A stretch of DNA of 64,000 nucleotides from Pyrinomonadaceae bacterium (lineage in GTDB: Bacteria > Acidobacteriota > Blastocatellia > Pyrinomonadales > Pyrinomonadaceae). The notes below the pieces were generated by a model, which saw nothing but the letters and a program-made list of their open reading frames with translations, had not been told where the DNA came from and made no database searches. The translations under genes and the position numbers were made by a program. The stretch lies in contig DASVES010000154.1 of assembly GCA_036380435.1 (NCBI GenBank), forward strand, positions 924-64,923, in the 5' to 3' direction. Positions 18,893-29,240 of the stretch are shown here, in pieces (position 1 is the stretch's first letter; every line of letters begins with the position of its first letter).

Positions 18893-19816
18893 CTAACTCG
18901 CGGTCGGCTCCAAAGACTTGTTCGGCGCCGGACTGCCCAGAGGGGAAGTGACATGCGCCGGCGGCGTCCGCAAGTCCCACACGACTCCCACCCACGAAAG
19001 CATGCGGAGCGTGTAGTGGGCCATGTCGATCTCCCACCAGTAGAAGCCCTGTCGCTCCGAGGACGGGTAGTGATGGTGATTGTTGTGCCAGCCCTCGCCG
19101 AGCGTGATGAGGGCGACGAAGAGATTGTTCCGGCTGTCGTCTTTGGTCTCGAAGCGGCGGCTGCCGAAGAGGTGGGCCAGAGAGTTGACCGTGAACGTGC
19201 CGTGGTAGAGCAGCACCGTGCTGATGAAGAATCCCCAGACGAGCATCTGCCAGCCCGAAGTGCCCAAACTCGGATAGTAGCGTTCGAGCGCCGCCCCCAG
19301 TAGAAAGGTGGCCCCGGCCAGTATGATGGGCGGCAGCGCGTAGAAACGATTGAGCAGGCGCAGGTCGCGGAACTTCATCAGGTTGGAGACGAGCGGCGCA
19401 TCAGTCGTCCGGCTCTCGCGCGACATGAACCAGCCGACGTGTGAGCGCCACACGCTGCGGGAGACCGGCGAGTGGAAATCGTCATCGGTGTCGGCGTAGA
19501 GATGATGGCGGCGGTGATGTGCGGCCCACCACAGCGGCCCCTTCTGGTAGGCGGCCGTCCCCGCGAAGGCCATCAGGAATTGAAAGACGCGGCCGGTCTT
19601 GTACGAGCGGTGCGCGAGGAGCCGATGGAACCCGGCCGTGATCGCAAACATCCGCACGACGTAGAGCGCCACGCAGACGGCGACGGCCACCGCGCTCACG
19701 CCCGTCCAGACGGCGAGCAGGCAGGCCGCGTGCATCAGGAAAAACTGGATGCAGACGGAGTAGTCAAGATTTTCCCGGTCGAGACGGCGCGGATTGTGAA
19801 GAATGGATTCGGACAT
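18893..19816 (-). CDS. Acyl-CoA/acyl-lipid delta-9-type fatty acid desaturase
   Basis: Three His boxes: HRLLAHRSY, HHRRHH, HNNHHHYP. ATG 19816 is preferred because the candidate promoter overlaps the track start at 19846. Confidence 0.88.
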   Translation of the reverse strand: MSESILHNPRRLDRENLDYSVCIQFFLMHAACLLAVWTGVSAVAVAVCVALYVVRMFAITAGFHRLLAHRSYKTGRVFQFLMAFAGTAAYQKGPLWWAAHHRRHHLYADTDDDFHSPVSRSVWRSHVGWFMSRESRTTDAPLVSNLMKFRDLRLLNRFYALPPIILAGATFLLGAALERYYPSLGTSGWQMLVWGFFISTVLLYHGTFTVNSLAHLFGSRRFETKDDSRNNLFVALITLGEGWHNNHHHYPSSERQGFYWWEIDMAHYTLRMLSWVGVVWDLRTPPAHVTSPLGSPAPNKSLEPTAS

Positions 19817-19848
19817 TAACCAACCTTGTTCCCTGTAAGATGTCATCC

Positions 19849-19876
19849 ACTATAAAGTGTATTTTCCCTATTGCAA
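19849..19876 (-). promoter_or_regulatory. Candidate sigma70-type promoter for the desaturase
   Basis: On the minus strand, TTGCAA, 16 nt, TATAGT. Confidence 0.45.
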
Positions 19877-19933
19877 CTCCCGGCCGGCGCAGACCGCACA
19901 GTTGGCATTCACATTTTGCGGTATCGATGAAAG

Positions 19934-20719
19934 CTACCCGTCCATGACGATGCCAAAATGCTCGCGCAGCGCCGCGTCATACTCTTCCTTACTCGAAAGC
20001 GTTTGCTCCCGTCGCTCGCCGTCGAGAGAGGTCGTGATGAGACGCATCTCGCTCAGTGTGACGCGCCCTTCGCCGGACGAGCGCGTGCAGATGCGCCCCT
20101 TGGTGAAGTGCGACTGAGGGGAAGTCTGGTGATAGCGGCACATCTCTTCAAAGTCGGCAAATTCGTGGCGACGCAGGCTGAAGCGATACTGCGGGTTCCA
20201 TTCGCCGTCGCCGTCGCGTTGCATCAGACGGAAGTGGTCGCCGTCGGGGACGATGCGGTAGGCCCGGCTCCCCTGTACCTGCTCGCCGCGCGCGTCGAGC
20301 AGCAACGGCTCACGGAACGAATCGCCGAAGCCCACGTCCACGAGCCAACGCTCTTCCAGATCAACCAGCAGCGTCATGTGGTCGAAGTCGGGGCCGAAGC
20401 CGCCTTCCGCATTCGCGACCCCGGCCGAGAGCATCGAAACGTTGAAGCCCAGGGCACGCAGTAGCACGCAGAACAGGCCGTTGGCTTCGTAGCAGAAGCC
20501 GCCGCGCCGACGTCGGACGATTTTCGTGAACAGGGCCTCGTCATCAAGAACGATGGACTGCCCGGCGTGAATACTCAGATTCTCAAAAGGCACCGCCGAC
20601 AGGTGCGCCAACTGCAACGCGCGCAGGGTCTCGGCGGTAGGCGCTATCGAGTATTGATGATTGATGCGGTCGAGATAAGCCTCGATGCGAGCGCTGTTCA
20701 AGGAAAGCCTGCCCTTCAA
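19934..20719 (-). CDS. Arylamine N-acetyltransferase
   Basis: LRALQLAHLSAVPFENLSIH…RRRGGFCYEANGLF (catalytic Cys context). The length is typical for NAT. Confidence 0.88.
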   Translation of the reverse strand: MKGRLSLNSARIEAYLDRINHQYSIAPTAETLRALQLAHLSAVPFENLSIHAGQSIVLDDEALFTKIVRRRRGGFCYEANGLFCVLLRALGFNVSMLSAGVANAEGGFGPDFDHMTLLVDLEERWLVDVGFGDSFREPLLLDARGEQVQGSRAYRIVPDGDHFRLMQRDGDGEWNPQYRFSLRRHEFADFEEMCRYHQTSPQSHFTKGRICTRSSGEGRVTLSEMRLITTSLDGERREQTLSSKEEYDAALREHFGIVMDG

Positions 20720-20721
20720 TC

Positions 20722-21285
20722 TTAGATTTTCCTGACCACGTCGCCGACCCGGATGACGCCGGGTTGAACGACACGGGCGTTAATGCCGCGCAGGTGAAGC
20801 TGCTTGCCCACAGTTGAGTTGACGAACTTCATCGCGTCCAGCCCGAAGCGCGCCACGAATTTTTTGCAGCCGGTGTGTGGCTGGGCGGTGACTTCAATCA
20901 CGGCCGAGCCGAGCGCGAGGCGCGTCCCGGCGGGCAAGTTTTCGTCGCTCAGGTCGAGGTCGATGTAGAGCTGGTCGCCGGCCAGCGGCCAGCGCCCTTT
21001 GTCCCGCGCCACGAGGGCAACCGCGCGGGAGTTCATGACGTTGAGCTGCGTGTCGGGGTGCGGCGACCCGTCCGGTGTGCGAGAGCTGCCGCGCGCGCTC
21101 CAACTGTCGCCCACGAGACCCACTTCCGTGTGCAGCTCGCCCTCTTCCAAAATTTCCCGCGCGTCCTCCCGCGGCCGTCGCACGATCAACTCCAGCACGC
21201 CTTCGTCGCTGGGCGACAGGCGAATCTCGCTCAGGCCGGCTTCAAGTTCCGCCATCGTTAAATGTCTTACCTCGTCCACCGCCAA
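20722..21285 (-). CDS. MOSC domain-containing protein
   Basis: C-terminal …VTAQPHTGCKKF…LRGINARVVQPGVIRVGDVV is typical of MOSC. It ends 2 nt upstream of the NAT start, which suggests an operon. Confidence 0.8.
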   Translation of the reverse strand: MAVDEVRHLTMAELEAGLSEIRLSPSDEGVLELIVRRPREDAREILEEGELHTEVGLVGDSWSARGSSRTPDGSPHPDTQLNVMNSRAVALVARDKGRWPLAGDQLYIDLDLSDENLPAGTRLALGSAVIEVTAQPHTGCKKFVARFGLDAMKFVNSTVGKQLHLRGINARVVQPGVIRVGDVVRKI

Positions 21286-21395
21286 ACCTCCTTACGCCGC
21301 GCGTCCTCCCGGCGTCGTCATGGTCGATTATAAACCTATCGCAACCCGGTTCCTGATGTACGATTGCCGTCGGGATTATACAATCTGCATCGCCC

Positions 21396-22361
21396 ATGGT
21401 TTCAAGGCTCTGGCACATGAACGCCGATTTCGAGTCTGAGCTGGCCGCCCCCGCCGGCTCATACCGCCGTCCCGCTTCCTTTGAAACTCTCAACCGCCGC
21501 CTCGCCGAACACCTGCTGTGGCTGGCCCGACGGGGCGACGCGCTGTTACAAACGGAGCCGTGGTCTGAGAACCTTCGCGCGCAGTCGCGCCGGCGCGGCG
21601 TGGAACTCGTCTCTCCGGCCGAGGCAGGTGACCAAAGCACGCGCGTCTTTACGCCTTGGGGCTGGTCGCCGAGCGCCGTGGCGGCCGGCGAAGAGGCCGG
21701 GGCGGTGCTGCGCTCCATTCCTTTCGCCGTCGCGGCGCGCGTCAACTCAAAGCTCTGGAGTCACGCGCTCGAAGTCGAACTGGGAATAGCACAGGCGGGG
21801 GCGGCGCTCGCCGCCACGTTCGAGGAACTGCAAGAGGCGGTCGCGCGCGCCTGCCCCGAGCCGGATGACAAGTGGGTCGTCAAAAGTCCATACGGTTTCG
21901 CCGCCCGTGACCGCGTGCTGGGCCGAGGCCCGTCGCTGGAGGAGCCACAGGCGAAGTGGTCTCGCCGTCGTCTGGGCCGGGGCGAGACGTTGATCTTTCA
22001 GCCGTGGCTCAAGGTCGTTCGCGAGTACGGCGTCGTGTTGGAGATTAACCCGGACGGTTCATTCGAGGTTCAAGGCATCAGCGACCTCCAGACCAACGGC
22101 GCGGGCACAGGCACGGGCTACATCCTCGGCCGCGCGCCCGAACCACGACGCGCGGCCGAACTCACGCGCGTCGCGTCCCTCGTTGCCGCACGCCTTTTCG
22201 CAGAGGGCTATACCGGGCCGGTCGGAATAGACGCGCTTGAGCACGCGGGCGGTCTCCACCCCCTGCTGGAAATAAATGCACGCTACACGATGGGCTTCGT
22301 CGCGCTCGCCGTCGAGCGCAGCCTCAAGCCCGCCGCGCCCGTCTTCTGGAGTACGAAATAA
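21396..22361 (+). CDS. ATP-grasp-fold protein of unknown specificity
   Basis: …KWVVKSPYGFAARDRV…GPVGIDALEHAGGLHPLLEINARYTMG resembles the ATP-grasp C-terminal half. The assignment is tentative. Confidence 0.6.
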   Translation: MVSRLWHMNADFESELAAPAGSYRRPASFETLNRRLAEHLLWLARRGDALLQTEPWSENLRAQSRRRGVELVSPAEAGDQSTRVFTPWGWSPSAVAAGEEAGAVLRSIPFAVAARVNSKLWSHALEVELGIAQAGAALAATFEELQEAVARACPEPDDKWVVKSPYGFAARDRVLGRGPSLEEPQAKWSRRRLGRGETLIFQPWLKVVREYGVVLEINPDGSFEVQGISDLQTNGAGTGTGYILGRAPEPRRAAELTRVASLVAARLFAEGYTGPVGIDALEHAGGLHPLLEINARYTMGFVALAVERSLKPAAPVFWSTK

Positions 22362-22378
22362 CCTGAGGGAGTTTTCAA

Positions 22379-22470
22379 ACAGTACCGCGAGCGGTAGCGA
22401 GCGGGTCTCGCGTGTGCGGTGCAGGCCGCTCATCATGGCCGCACCCGCTCGCTACCGCTCGCGGTACTGT
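22379..22470. repeat. ACAGTACCGCGAGCGG palindromic element, copy 4
   Basis: Perfect 28-nt arms, 18 nt after the upstream stop. Confidence 0.95.
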
Positions 22471-22535
22471 TGCCGATGACGGCGACGCGTCGGGCGGCGG
22501 GCGTTGTAGCGTCGCCATCAGACGCACGACGTTTC

Positions 22536-23042
22536 TCATGTTTGCGGCAACGACGGCCCGCCCTTCGTCGCTTCGGGCCAGACATCGTCGGGGCTGATCG
22601 GCGCGGCCTGATCCGGGCCGAGGCGCGCGGCGTCGATGTCGGCCACGATGAAATTCTCCGGGGGCACGGGATGACCCGCGAGACGCCTCAGCAGGGCGAG
22701 TTGTCCGGCGTGGGTCATCGCATCGGAGAACGGCCCCTGTAGTAAGCGTTCCGCGGTCATCCCTTCGAGAAAAGGTGTGCCGGCCTCGATGTGCCGGGCA
22801 AGCTCCTCAAGCATCTCGTGAAAGCGAAGGATTTCTTCATTCAGCGAAGGCAGGGGCGCGGGCCTGTACTGACCGCCGACGAAGAAGGTGCGGGCGTAGC
22901 CGAGCACGCTCGTCATGTGACGAACCAACTCCGCTGGAGTACGCACCTTGTCGCCCGCGCGGAAGGCGCCGAACTCGGCGGGAGCGTCCCGCAGCGCCTT
23001 CTGCGTGCGGTAGGCGAGCGCGGCCAGAAAGTGCCGCAGCAA
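22536..23042 (-). CDS. DinB superfamily protein
   Basis: Four-helix-bundle pattern with conserved His residues (…LVRHMTSVL…, …DAMTHAGQLALLRR…). Confidence 0.7.
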   Translation of the reverse strand: MLRHFLAALAYRTQKALRDAPAEFGAFRAGDKVRTPAELVRHMTSVLGYARTFFVGGQYRPAPLPSLNEEILRFHEMLEELARHIEAGTPFLEGMTAERLLQGPFSDAMTHAGQLALLRRLAGHPVPPENFIVADIDAARLGPDQAAPISPDDVWPEATKGGPSLPQT

Positions 23043-23068
23043 TCCTCGTTTCTCATCAGATAGAACTG

Positions 23069-24130
23069 TCAGGGCTTGGCCTCGAAAATGAGATTGAATG
23101 GCGTTTCGGTGGCGCGGCGAAAGTGTTTGAATCCCCCGCCGGTGACAACCTCGCGCATTCTGGCTTCACCCGCTTGCGCCCCGAGCGCCAGCCCTACTTC
23201 CTGTGACAGAGACGCCGGAGTGCAGAGCAATGTCGAAGCGGAATAGTAGATGCGTCCGACCGGGTTCAGATTATCTTCCACTCGATCCCCGGCAAACGGC
23301 TCAACGATCATCCACGTGCCGTCAGGCGCAAGCGAGTCTTTGACATGAGCGGCCGCGCCGACGGGGTCTCCCATGTCATGCAAACAATCGAAGAACGTGA
23401 CGAAGTCGTAGTTATCTCCCGGATAATCTTTAGCCTTGGCGACTGCGAACTCCACGCGTTCAGCCACCCCCGCCTCGGCCGCCTTCTGCCGCGCCATTTC
23501 GATGGACTTGTCGTGATAATCGAAACCCACGAATGTAGAATTGGGGAAAGCCTGCGCCATCAGGATTGTCGAAGCGCCAAGCCCGCACCCCACGTCTGCC
23601 ACCTTCGCCCCTGACTTTAGTTTAGCCTCGACTCCGTCAAAAGCAGGGATCCATGCGTTGACCAGATTGGCGGCATAACCGGGGCGGAAAAATAGCTCAG
23701 TCCCACGAAACAATCCGTGATCGTGCTGATGCCAGCCGAAGCCCTCCCCCGTGCGAAATGCTTCGGTAATCTTCGGCACTGCTCTCAGCGAAGAGACGGC
23801 CAGCAAAAAAGCTCCCGGTAAATATGCCGGACTCTGCTCATCAGCCAGAGCGAAGGCTTGCTCCTCGGTGAGAAAGTAACGCTGCGTCTGGGCGTCATAT
23901 TCAACGTAACCCCCGGCCGCCTGTGAGCAGAGCCACTCGCGCACGTAACGCTCAGTCGTGTTGGTTCGCTCGGCCAGCTCGGCGGAAGTGAGCGGTTGCT
24001 CCGCCTGAGCCAGCGCCTTGTAAAGACCGAGGCTTTCGCCGATCACCACCAGACCAGCGTGGAGTGCCGCGCCGAAGTCGGCGACGAACTTTCCTAACAA
24101 TTGATTCAATTTTTCTTCGTTGATGGACAT
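23069..24130 (-). CDS. Class I SAM-dependent methyltransferase with N-terminal winged-helix domain (Rv2258c-like)
   Basis: N-terminal wHTH (LGLYKALAQAEQPLTSAELAERTNTTERYVREWL), SAM motif I VADVGCGLGAST. AAAGGAGAG RBS. Visibly lower GC than the flanking genes. Confidence 0.85.
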   Translation of the reverse strand: MSINEEKLNQLLGKFVADFGAALHAGLVVIGESLGLYKALAQAEQPLTSAELAERTNTTERYVREWLCSQAAGGYVEYDAQTQRYFLTEEQAFALADEQSPAYLPGAFLLAVSSLRAVPKITEAFRTGEGFGWHQHDHGLFRGTELFFRPGYAANLVNAWIPAFDGVEAKLKSGAKVADVGCGLGASTILMAQAFPNSTFVGFDYHDKSIEMARQKAAEAGVAERVEFAVAKAKDYPGDNYDFVTFFDCLHDMGDPVGAAAHVKDSLAPDGTWMIVEPFAGDRVEDNLNPVGRIYYSASTLLCTPASLSQEVGLALGAQAGEARMREVVTGGGFKHFRRATETPFNLIFEAKP

Positions 24131-24234
24131 TCAATTCTCTCCTTTGGCGGGCAGGTAATCAGGCGGAATGCTTTTTATAACAAAGCGGCCCGAGCGTCAA
24201 CGGCCGCGCGCGGCAAATAGTGTCCTAATTTCAG

Positions 24235-24334
24235 TTCTCTGCGCGTCCTCGGCGTCCTCCGCGGCTCGGCGGTGAATCACGGCTGAAGGCCACTCACCGC
24301 AGAGTCGCCGAGGACGCCGAGGACGCGCAGAGAA
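24235..24334. repeat. CACCGCAGAG-family hairpin with CGAGGACGC repeats
   Basis: 25-bp perfect stem ttctctgcgcgtcctcggcgtcctc (24235-24259) / gaggacgccgaggacgcgcagagaa (24310-24334). Inner ggcggtgaat … actcaccgc. Confidence 0.9.
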
Positions 24335-24466
24335 GAAACATTCAATTCAGGACACAACCTACCTGCGAGTCGCGCGCATGAAGACATAGGAAAGGCGGGC
24401 GGAAGCCGTTCAAGCTTCCGCCCGCTGGTGTTCGTCCGTCGTCGCGGGGCGTGTGTGGTGGCCGCT

Positions 24467-25990
24467 TCAGTCGGAGAGCTTGAAGGCGGCCATCTCGTTG
24501 GCGTTGCGGACGAGGAGGCGGCCGTCGGCAATGACGGGGACGTTCCACGTCTTGCCCTCGACGGCCTTGAAGCGCGCGACCTCCGTGTGCGCCGCGGGAG
24601 TGGCGCGCACGAGGACGACATCGCCCTCCTCGGTCGTGACGATGAGGTGTCCGCTGGCGAAGATCACCTGCCCGTAGCCGTAGCGCCCGCCCTTCCACTT
24701 GCGCTCGCCCGTGTTCACGTCGATGCAGGCCATGATGCTCTCGTCGAACCCGTAGACGTGGCCGTCGTGATAGACGGGGCTGTTGAACTTGGCCTTGAGC
24801 GACGTGTTCTCCCAGACGGCGCGCGCCGTGTAGGTGTTGCCGGAGCCGGCCACCTCGACGAGCGCCGAACCCTTGCCGTAGCCGGAGGAGATGAAGACGC
24901 GGTTGGCCGCGACGACGATGGGCTGCGAGACGTTGATGCCGTAGCCGTTCGACCACGGGTGCTCCCACAACACCGCGCCGTCCTCGGGCGCGAGGCCCGC
25001 GAGGCGGCGCGCCGTGACGACGACGATCTGCCGCCGGCCGGCGAGCGTCGTGAGCACCGGCGACGTGTACGACGCCTGATCGCTCATCGAGTTCCAGACG
25101 CGCGCGCCCGTCATCTTGTTGTAGGCGACGACCGTCTTGCCGGAGGTTCCGCCCGGCATCACGATCACCTTGTCGTCAACGATCAAGGGCGCGGCCGCCT
25201 GCCCCCACTGGATGTTCTGCGCGCCGTTGTCGGAGAGGATGTTCTTCGACCAGATGGCGCGGCCCGTCTTCGCGTCGAGACAGCGAAACTCGCCGGTGGC
25301 CCCGAGGGCGTAGAGGCGTCCGTCGTCGAAGGTGGGCGTGGAGCGCGGGCCGTCGCCGGTGTCGTCGGGGCTGAAGGTGGCGTTCCAGGCGTTCGTCCAC
25401 AGCTCGCGGCCCGTCGAGGCGTTGTAGGCGGCGACGACTTCCTGACCGCGCCGCTGCTCGATGGTGTAGGCCGTGCCGTCGGCGACGACGAAGGAGGCGT
25501 AGCCGCCGCCCACGGGCTGCTTCCAAAGGAGCTGTAACCCTTCGGCGGGCCAGCTCGTCTTCACCTGCCGCTCTTCATAGCGGCCGTCGCGCGAGGGGCC
25601 GCGGAAGTTAGTCCAGTAGCGACGACCGCCGCCGGCGGCTCCGGCCGCGGGCGCCGTGGCCGCGCCGGCCGCCGTGGCGGGCTGCTCGCCCGCGGGCGCG
25701 CCCGGTTGCGCCGCCGCGCCTTCCACCGCGGGCTGGCCCTCGACGGGCGCAGCCGCCGCTGCCTGTTCGGCCGGGGCTGCCTGCGTGCCGTCGGTCGCGG
25801 CTTGCTGTTGCTGCGCGGCGCGGTGGCGTTCGAGTTCGTCGTAGTGCGCCTGCGAGCCGGGCGCGCCGCCCCGCGTGGCAAAGAAGTAAGCGGCGACGGC
25901 CGCGAGAGCGACGACGGAGACGAGCGCGATGATGACGGGCGGGCGTCGATACCAGGGCGCGGGCTTGTTGAAGGACTCTTCGCTCAGCAT
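24467..25990 (-). CDS. Membrane-anchored BamB/PQQ-like beta-propeller repeat protein with Ala/Gln-rich linker
   Basis: N-terminal TM helix PPVIIALVSVVALAAVAAYFF, low-complexity linker, then YWTNFRGPSRDG and propeller blades. Confidence 0.88.
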   Translation of the reverse strand: MLSEESFNKPAPWYRRPPVIIALVSVVALAAVAAYFFATRGGAPGSQAHYDELERHRAAQQQQAATDGTQAAPAEQAAAAAPVEGQPAVEGAAAQPGAPAGEQPATAAGAATAPAAGAAGGGRRYWTNFRGPSRDGRYEERQVKTSWPAEGLQLLWKQPVGGGYASFVVADGTAYTIEQRRGQEVVAAYNASTGRELWTNAWNATFSPDDTGDGPRSTPTFDDGRLYALGATGEFRCLDAKTGRAIWSKNILSDNGAQNIQWGQAAAPLIVDDKVIVMPGGTSGKTVVAYNKMTGARVWNSMSDQASYTSPVLTTLAGRRQIVVVTARRLAGLAPEDGAVLWEHPWSNGYGINVSQPIVVAANRVFISSGYGKGSALVEVAGSGNTYTARAVWENTSLKAKFNSPVYHDGHVYGFDESIMACIDVNTGERKWKGGRYGYGQVIFASGHLIVTTEEGDVVLVRATPAAHTEVARFKAVEGKTWNVPVIADGRLLVRNANEMAAFKLSD

Positions 25991-26022
25991 TTTAAATTCC
26001 CTCCGATTACGAGCAAGGACTA

Positions 26023-26113
26023 ACAGTACCGCGAGCGGTAGCGAGCGGGTGCGCCTGCGGCGAAAGTCTCGCCCCGCGCACGCTGACCCGCTCGCTACCG
26101 CTCGCGGTACTGT
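26023..26113. repeat. ACAGTACCGCGAGCGG palindromic element, copy 5
   Basis: Perfect 28-nt arms, between two minus-strand propeller genes. Confidence 0.95.
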
Positions 26114-26132
26114 TTTTCATTTCATCCTTGCC

Positions 26133-27479
<1,347 letters not shown>

Positions 27480-27580
27480 GGTGCGATTTCCTCGGGCTGT
27501 AAGTTTAGACGGCACGGGGCGGAGTTTTGTTCCGTTTCCGCGTGATGTTTGGCTCGTTACTTGAGCGTTGGGCGAACTGG

Positions 27581-27717
27581 ACTCACCGCAGAGGCGCAGA
27601 GGACGCGGGGAAGCAAGGATGAAGGATGAAGGATGAAGGATGAGGGGAAGACGACCTGTCTTTTTTCATCCTTCATCCTTCATCCTTCATCCTTGCCTCT
27701 GCGCCTCTGCGGTGAAT
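27581..27717. repeat. Composite hairpin: CACCGCAGAGGCGCAGAGG outer arms plus GGATGAA heptamer inner arms
   Basis: actcaccgcagaggcgcagagg…caaggatgaaggatgaaggatgaaggatga / ttcatccttcatccttcatccttcatccttgcctctgcgcctctgcggtgaat. Confidence 0.92.
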
Positions 27718-27744
27718 ATTGCCCGCGTCAAACTCAAGTGAAAG

Positions 27745-29133
27745 TTAATTACCTGACTTCGAGACCTTGTCCTTCGCCGCTCCGGCCTCGCCGAAGGCGT
27801 AGACGTGTTTGAGGGCGCGGACGATGACGAGGCCGTCGGAGATGGCCGGCGTCGCCATGATGACCTCGCCGACCGGGTTGATGCCTAAGAACTCATACTT
27901 CGGCCCGGCCTTGACGACAAAGACCTCTCCGTCCTCGCTCGAAAAGTAGAGCTTGCCGTCGGCCGCCACCGGCGAGGCCGTGAACGCGCCGCCCTTGCCG
28001 CCGACCCGCTCCTGATAGAGCCGCTCGCCGGTCTTCGCGTTGTAGGCCGTCACCACGCCCTGATTCGAGATCGTGTAGAGATGATCGCCGTAGACGATGG
28101 GCGTCGGCATGTACGGGCCGCCGCGCTGCTTGCTCCACGCGATGGAATCGCTCGACTCCTTGCCTTCCTTGAGCGTGATGTCGCCCATGGCGCCGGGTTT
28201 GATGGCGTAGATGGGCTGGATGGGGCGGTAGCCGCTGGTGACGTAGATGAGGTCGTGGCCGAAGATGGGCGTCGGGGTGATGACCTCGGAGTTGGGCGTC
28301 AGACGCCACAGCTCTTTGCCGGTCGCGGGGTCGTAGCCGCGGATGGCCTTCGTGCCGTTGGTGACGAGTTCCGCGCGCGTCTTGCCCTCGACGACGGTCG
28401 GCGTGCTCCAGGAGGGAATCTCCTCGCGCGGCGTCATCCACAGGCGCTTGCCCGTCTTGATGTCGTAGGCCGCGATGAAGGAATCTTTCTGGATGTCGGC
28501 CTGCACGATGACCATGTTCTTGTAGATGATGGGCGAGGAGCCGTACTCCCACTGGTAATCGGGGTCGTAGAACCAGCCGGCGTCGAGCGTGCCGAGGTCT
28601 TGCTTCCACAAAAGCTTGCCGTTCAGGTCGTAGGCGTACAGGCCCTCGGAGCCGAACAGCGCGACGACGTATTTGCCGTCGGTGGCGGGCGTCGCCGCGG
28701 CGTGTGTTGACTTGGGATGGCGCTTCACCTTGGGCACGCCCTCCCATGCCGCGCGCTCCCACAGCACCTTGCCGGTGCGCTTGTCGAGCGCGTAGACCTT
28801 GTAGGTGTGCTTCGAGTCGTCCTTGACCGGGTCCACGTCGCCGTAGAGTCCGAAGCGCGTCTCGTCTTTAGCGGCGCCGCTGATGGCCGTGATGACGAAA
28901 ACTTTGTCGCCCCACACGACGGGGCTGGCGTGCGAGAGTCCGGGGATCGGGGTCTTCCACGCGACGTTCTGCGACTTGGCGGCGTCCCACGCGGCCGGCG
29001 TCGCCTTGCCGTCGGTCACGCCCGACGCGCTCACGCCGCGAAACTGCGGCCAGTTCTGGTTCTGAGTCTGCGCGCGGGCGCCGGCAGAGAGGGCGCTAAA
29101 GAGGCAGAGGAGGGAAAGTGCGAATCTTTTCAT
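27745..29133 (-). CDS. Secreted BamB/PQQ-like beta-propeller repeat protein
   Basis: MKRFALSLLCLFSALSAGARAQ, then NWPQFRGVSASG. Clearly paralogous to the 26133 gene (AWEGxPxxxRHxKS…, NGKLxWKxDLG). Confidence 0.9.
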   Translation of the reverse strand: MKRFALSLLCLFSALSAGARAQTQNQNWPQFRGVSASGVTDGKATPAAWDAAKSQNVAWKTPIPGLSHASPVVWGDKVFVITAISGAAKDETRFGLYGDVDPVKDDSKHTYKVYALDKRTGKVLWERAAWEGVPKVKRHPKSTHAAATPATDGKYVVALFGSEGLYAYDLNGKLLWKQDLGTLDAGWFYDPDYQWEYGSSPIIYKNMVIVQADIQKDSFIAAYDIKTGKRLWMTPREEIPSWSTPTVVEGKTRAELVTNGTKAIRGYDPATGKELWRLTPNSEVITPTPIFGHDLIYVTSGYRPIQPIYAIKPGAMGDITLKEGKESSDSIAWSKQRGGPYMPTPIVYGDHLYTISNQGVVTAYNAKTGERLYQERVGGKGGAFTASPVAADGKLYFSSEDGEVFVVKAGPKYEFLGINPVGEVIMATPAISDGLVIVRALKHVYAFGEAGAAKDKVSKSGN

Positions 29134-29156
29134 GGGAAGGAACCTCTCGGAAAGTC

Positions 29157-29240
29157 GGGAGTCAGGAGTCAGGAGTCAGGAGCCAGAAGGAAGAAAGCAA
29201 CCATGCTTTTATTCTGACTCCTGACTCCTGACTCCTGACT
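29157..29240. repeat. GAGTCAG heptamer-arm hairpin, copy 2
   Basis: gggagtcaggagtcaggagtcaggagcc … cttttattctgactcctgactcctgactcctgact. It abuts the TGA of the ankyrin gene. Confidence 0.9.

Noticed and set aside
27617-27692. Possible CRISPR array or phase-variable microsatellite at the tandem heptamers.
   Set aside because: There are only 3-4 units per arm with no unique spacers of regular length. The units are mirrored as inverted repeats, and no cas genes are present. Most of the tracts are intergenic and none interrupts a reading frame. Where arms do lie in coding sequence they are read in frame or supply the stop codon, so classical phase variation is unlikely.
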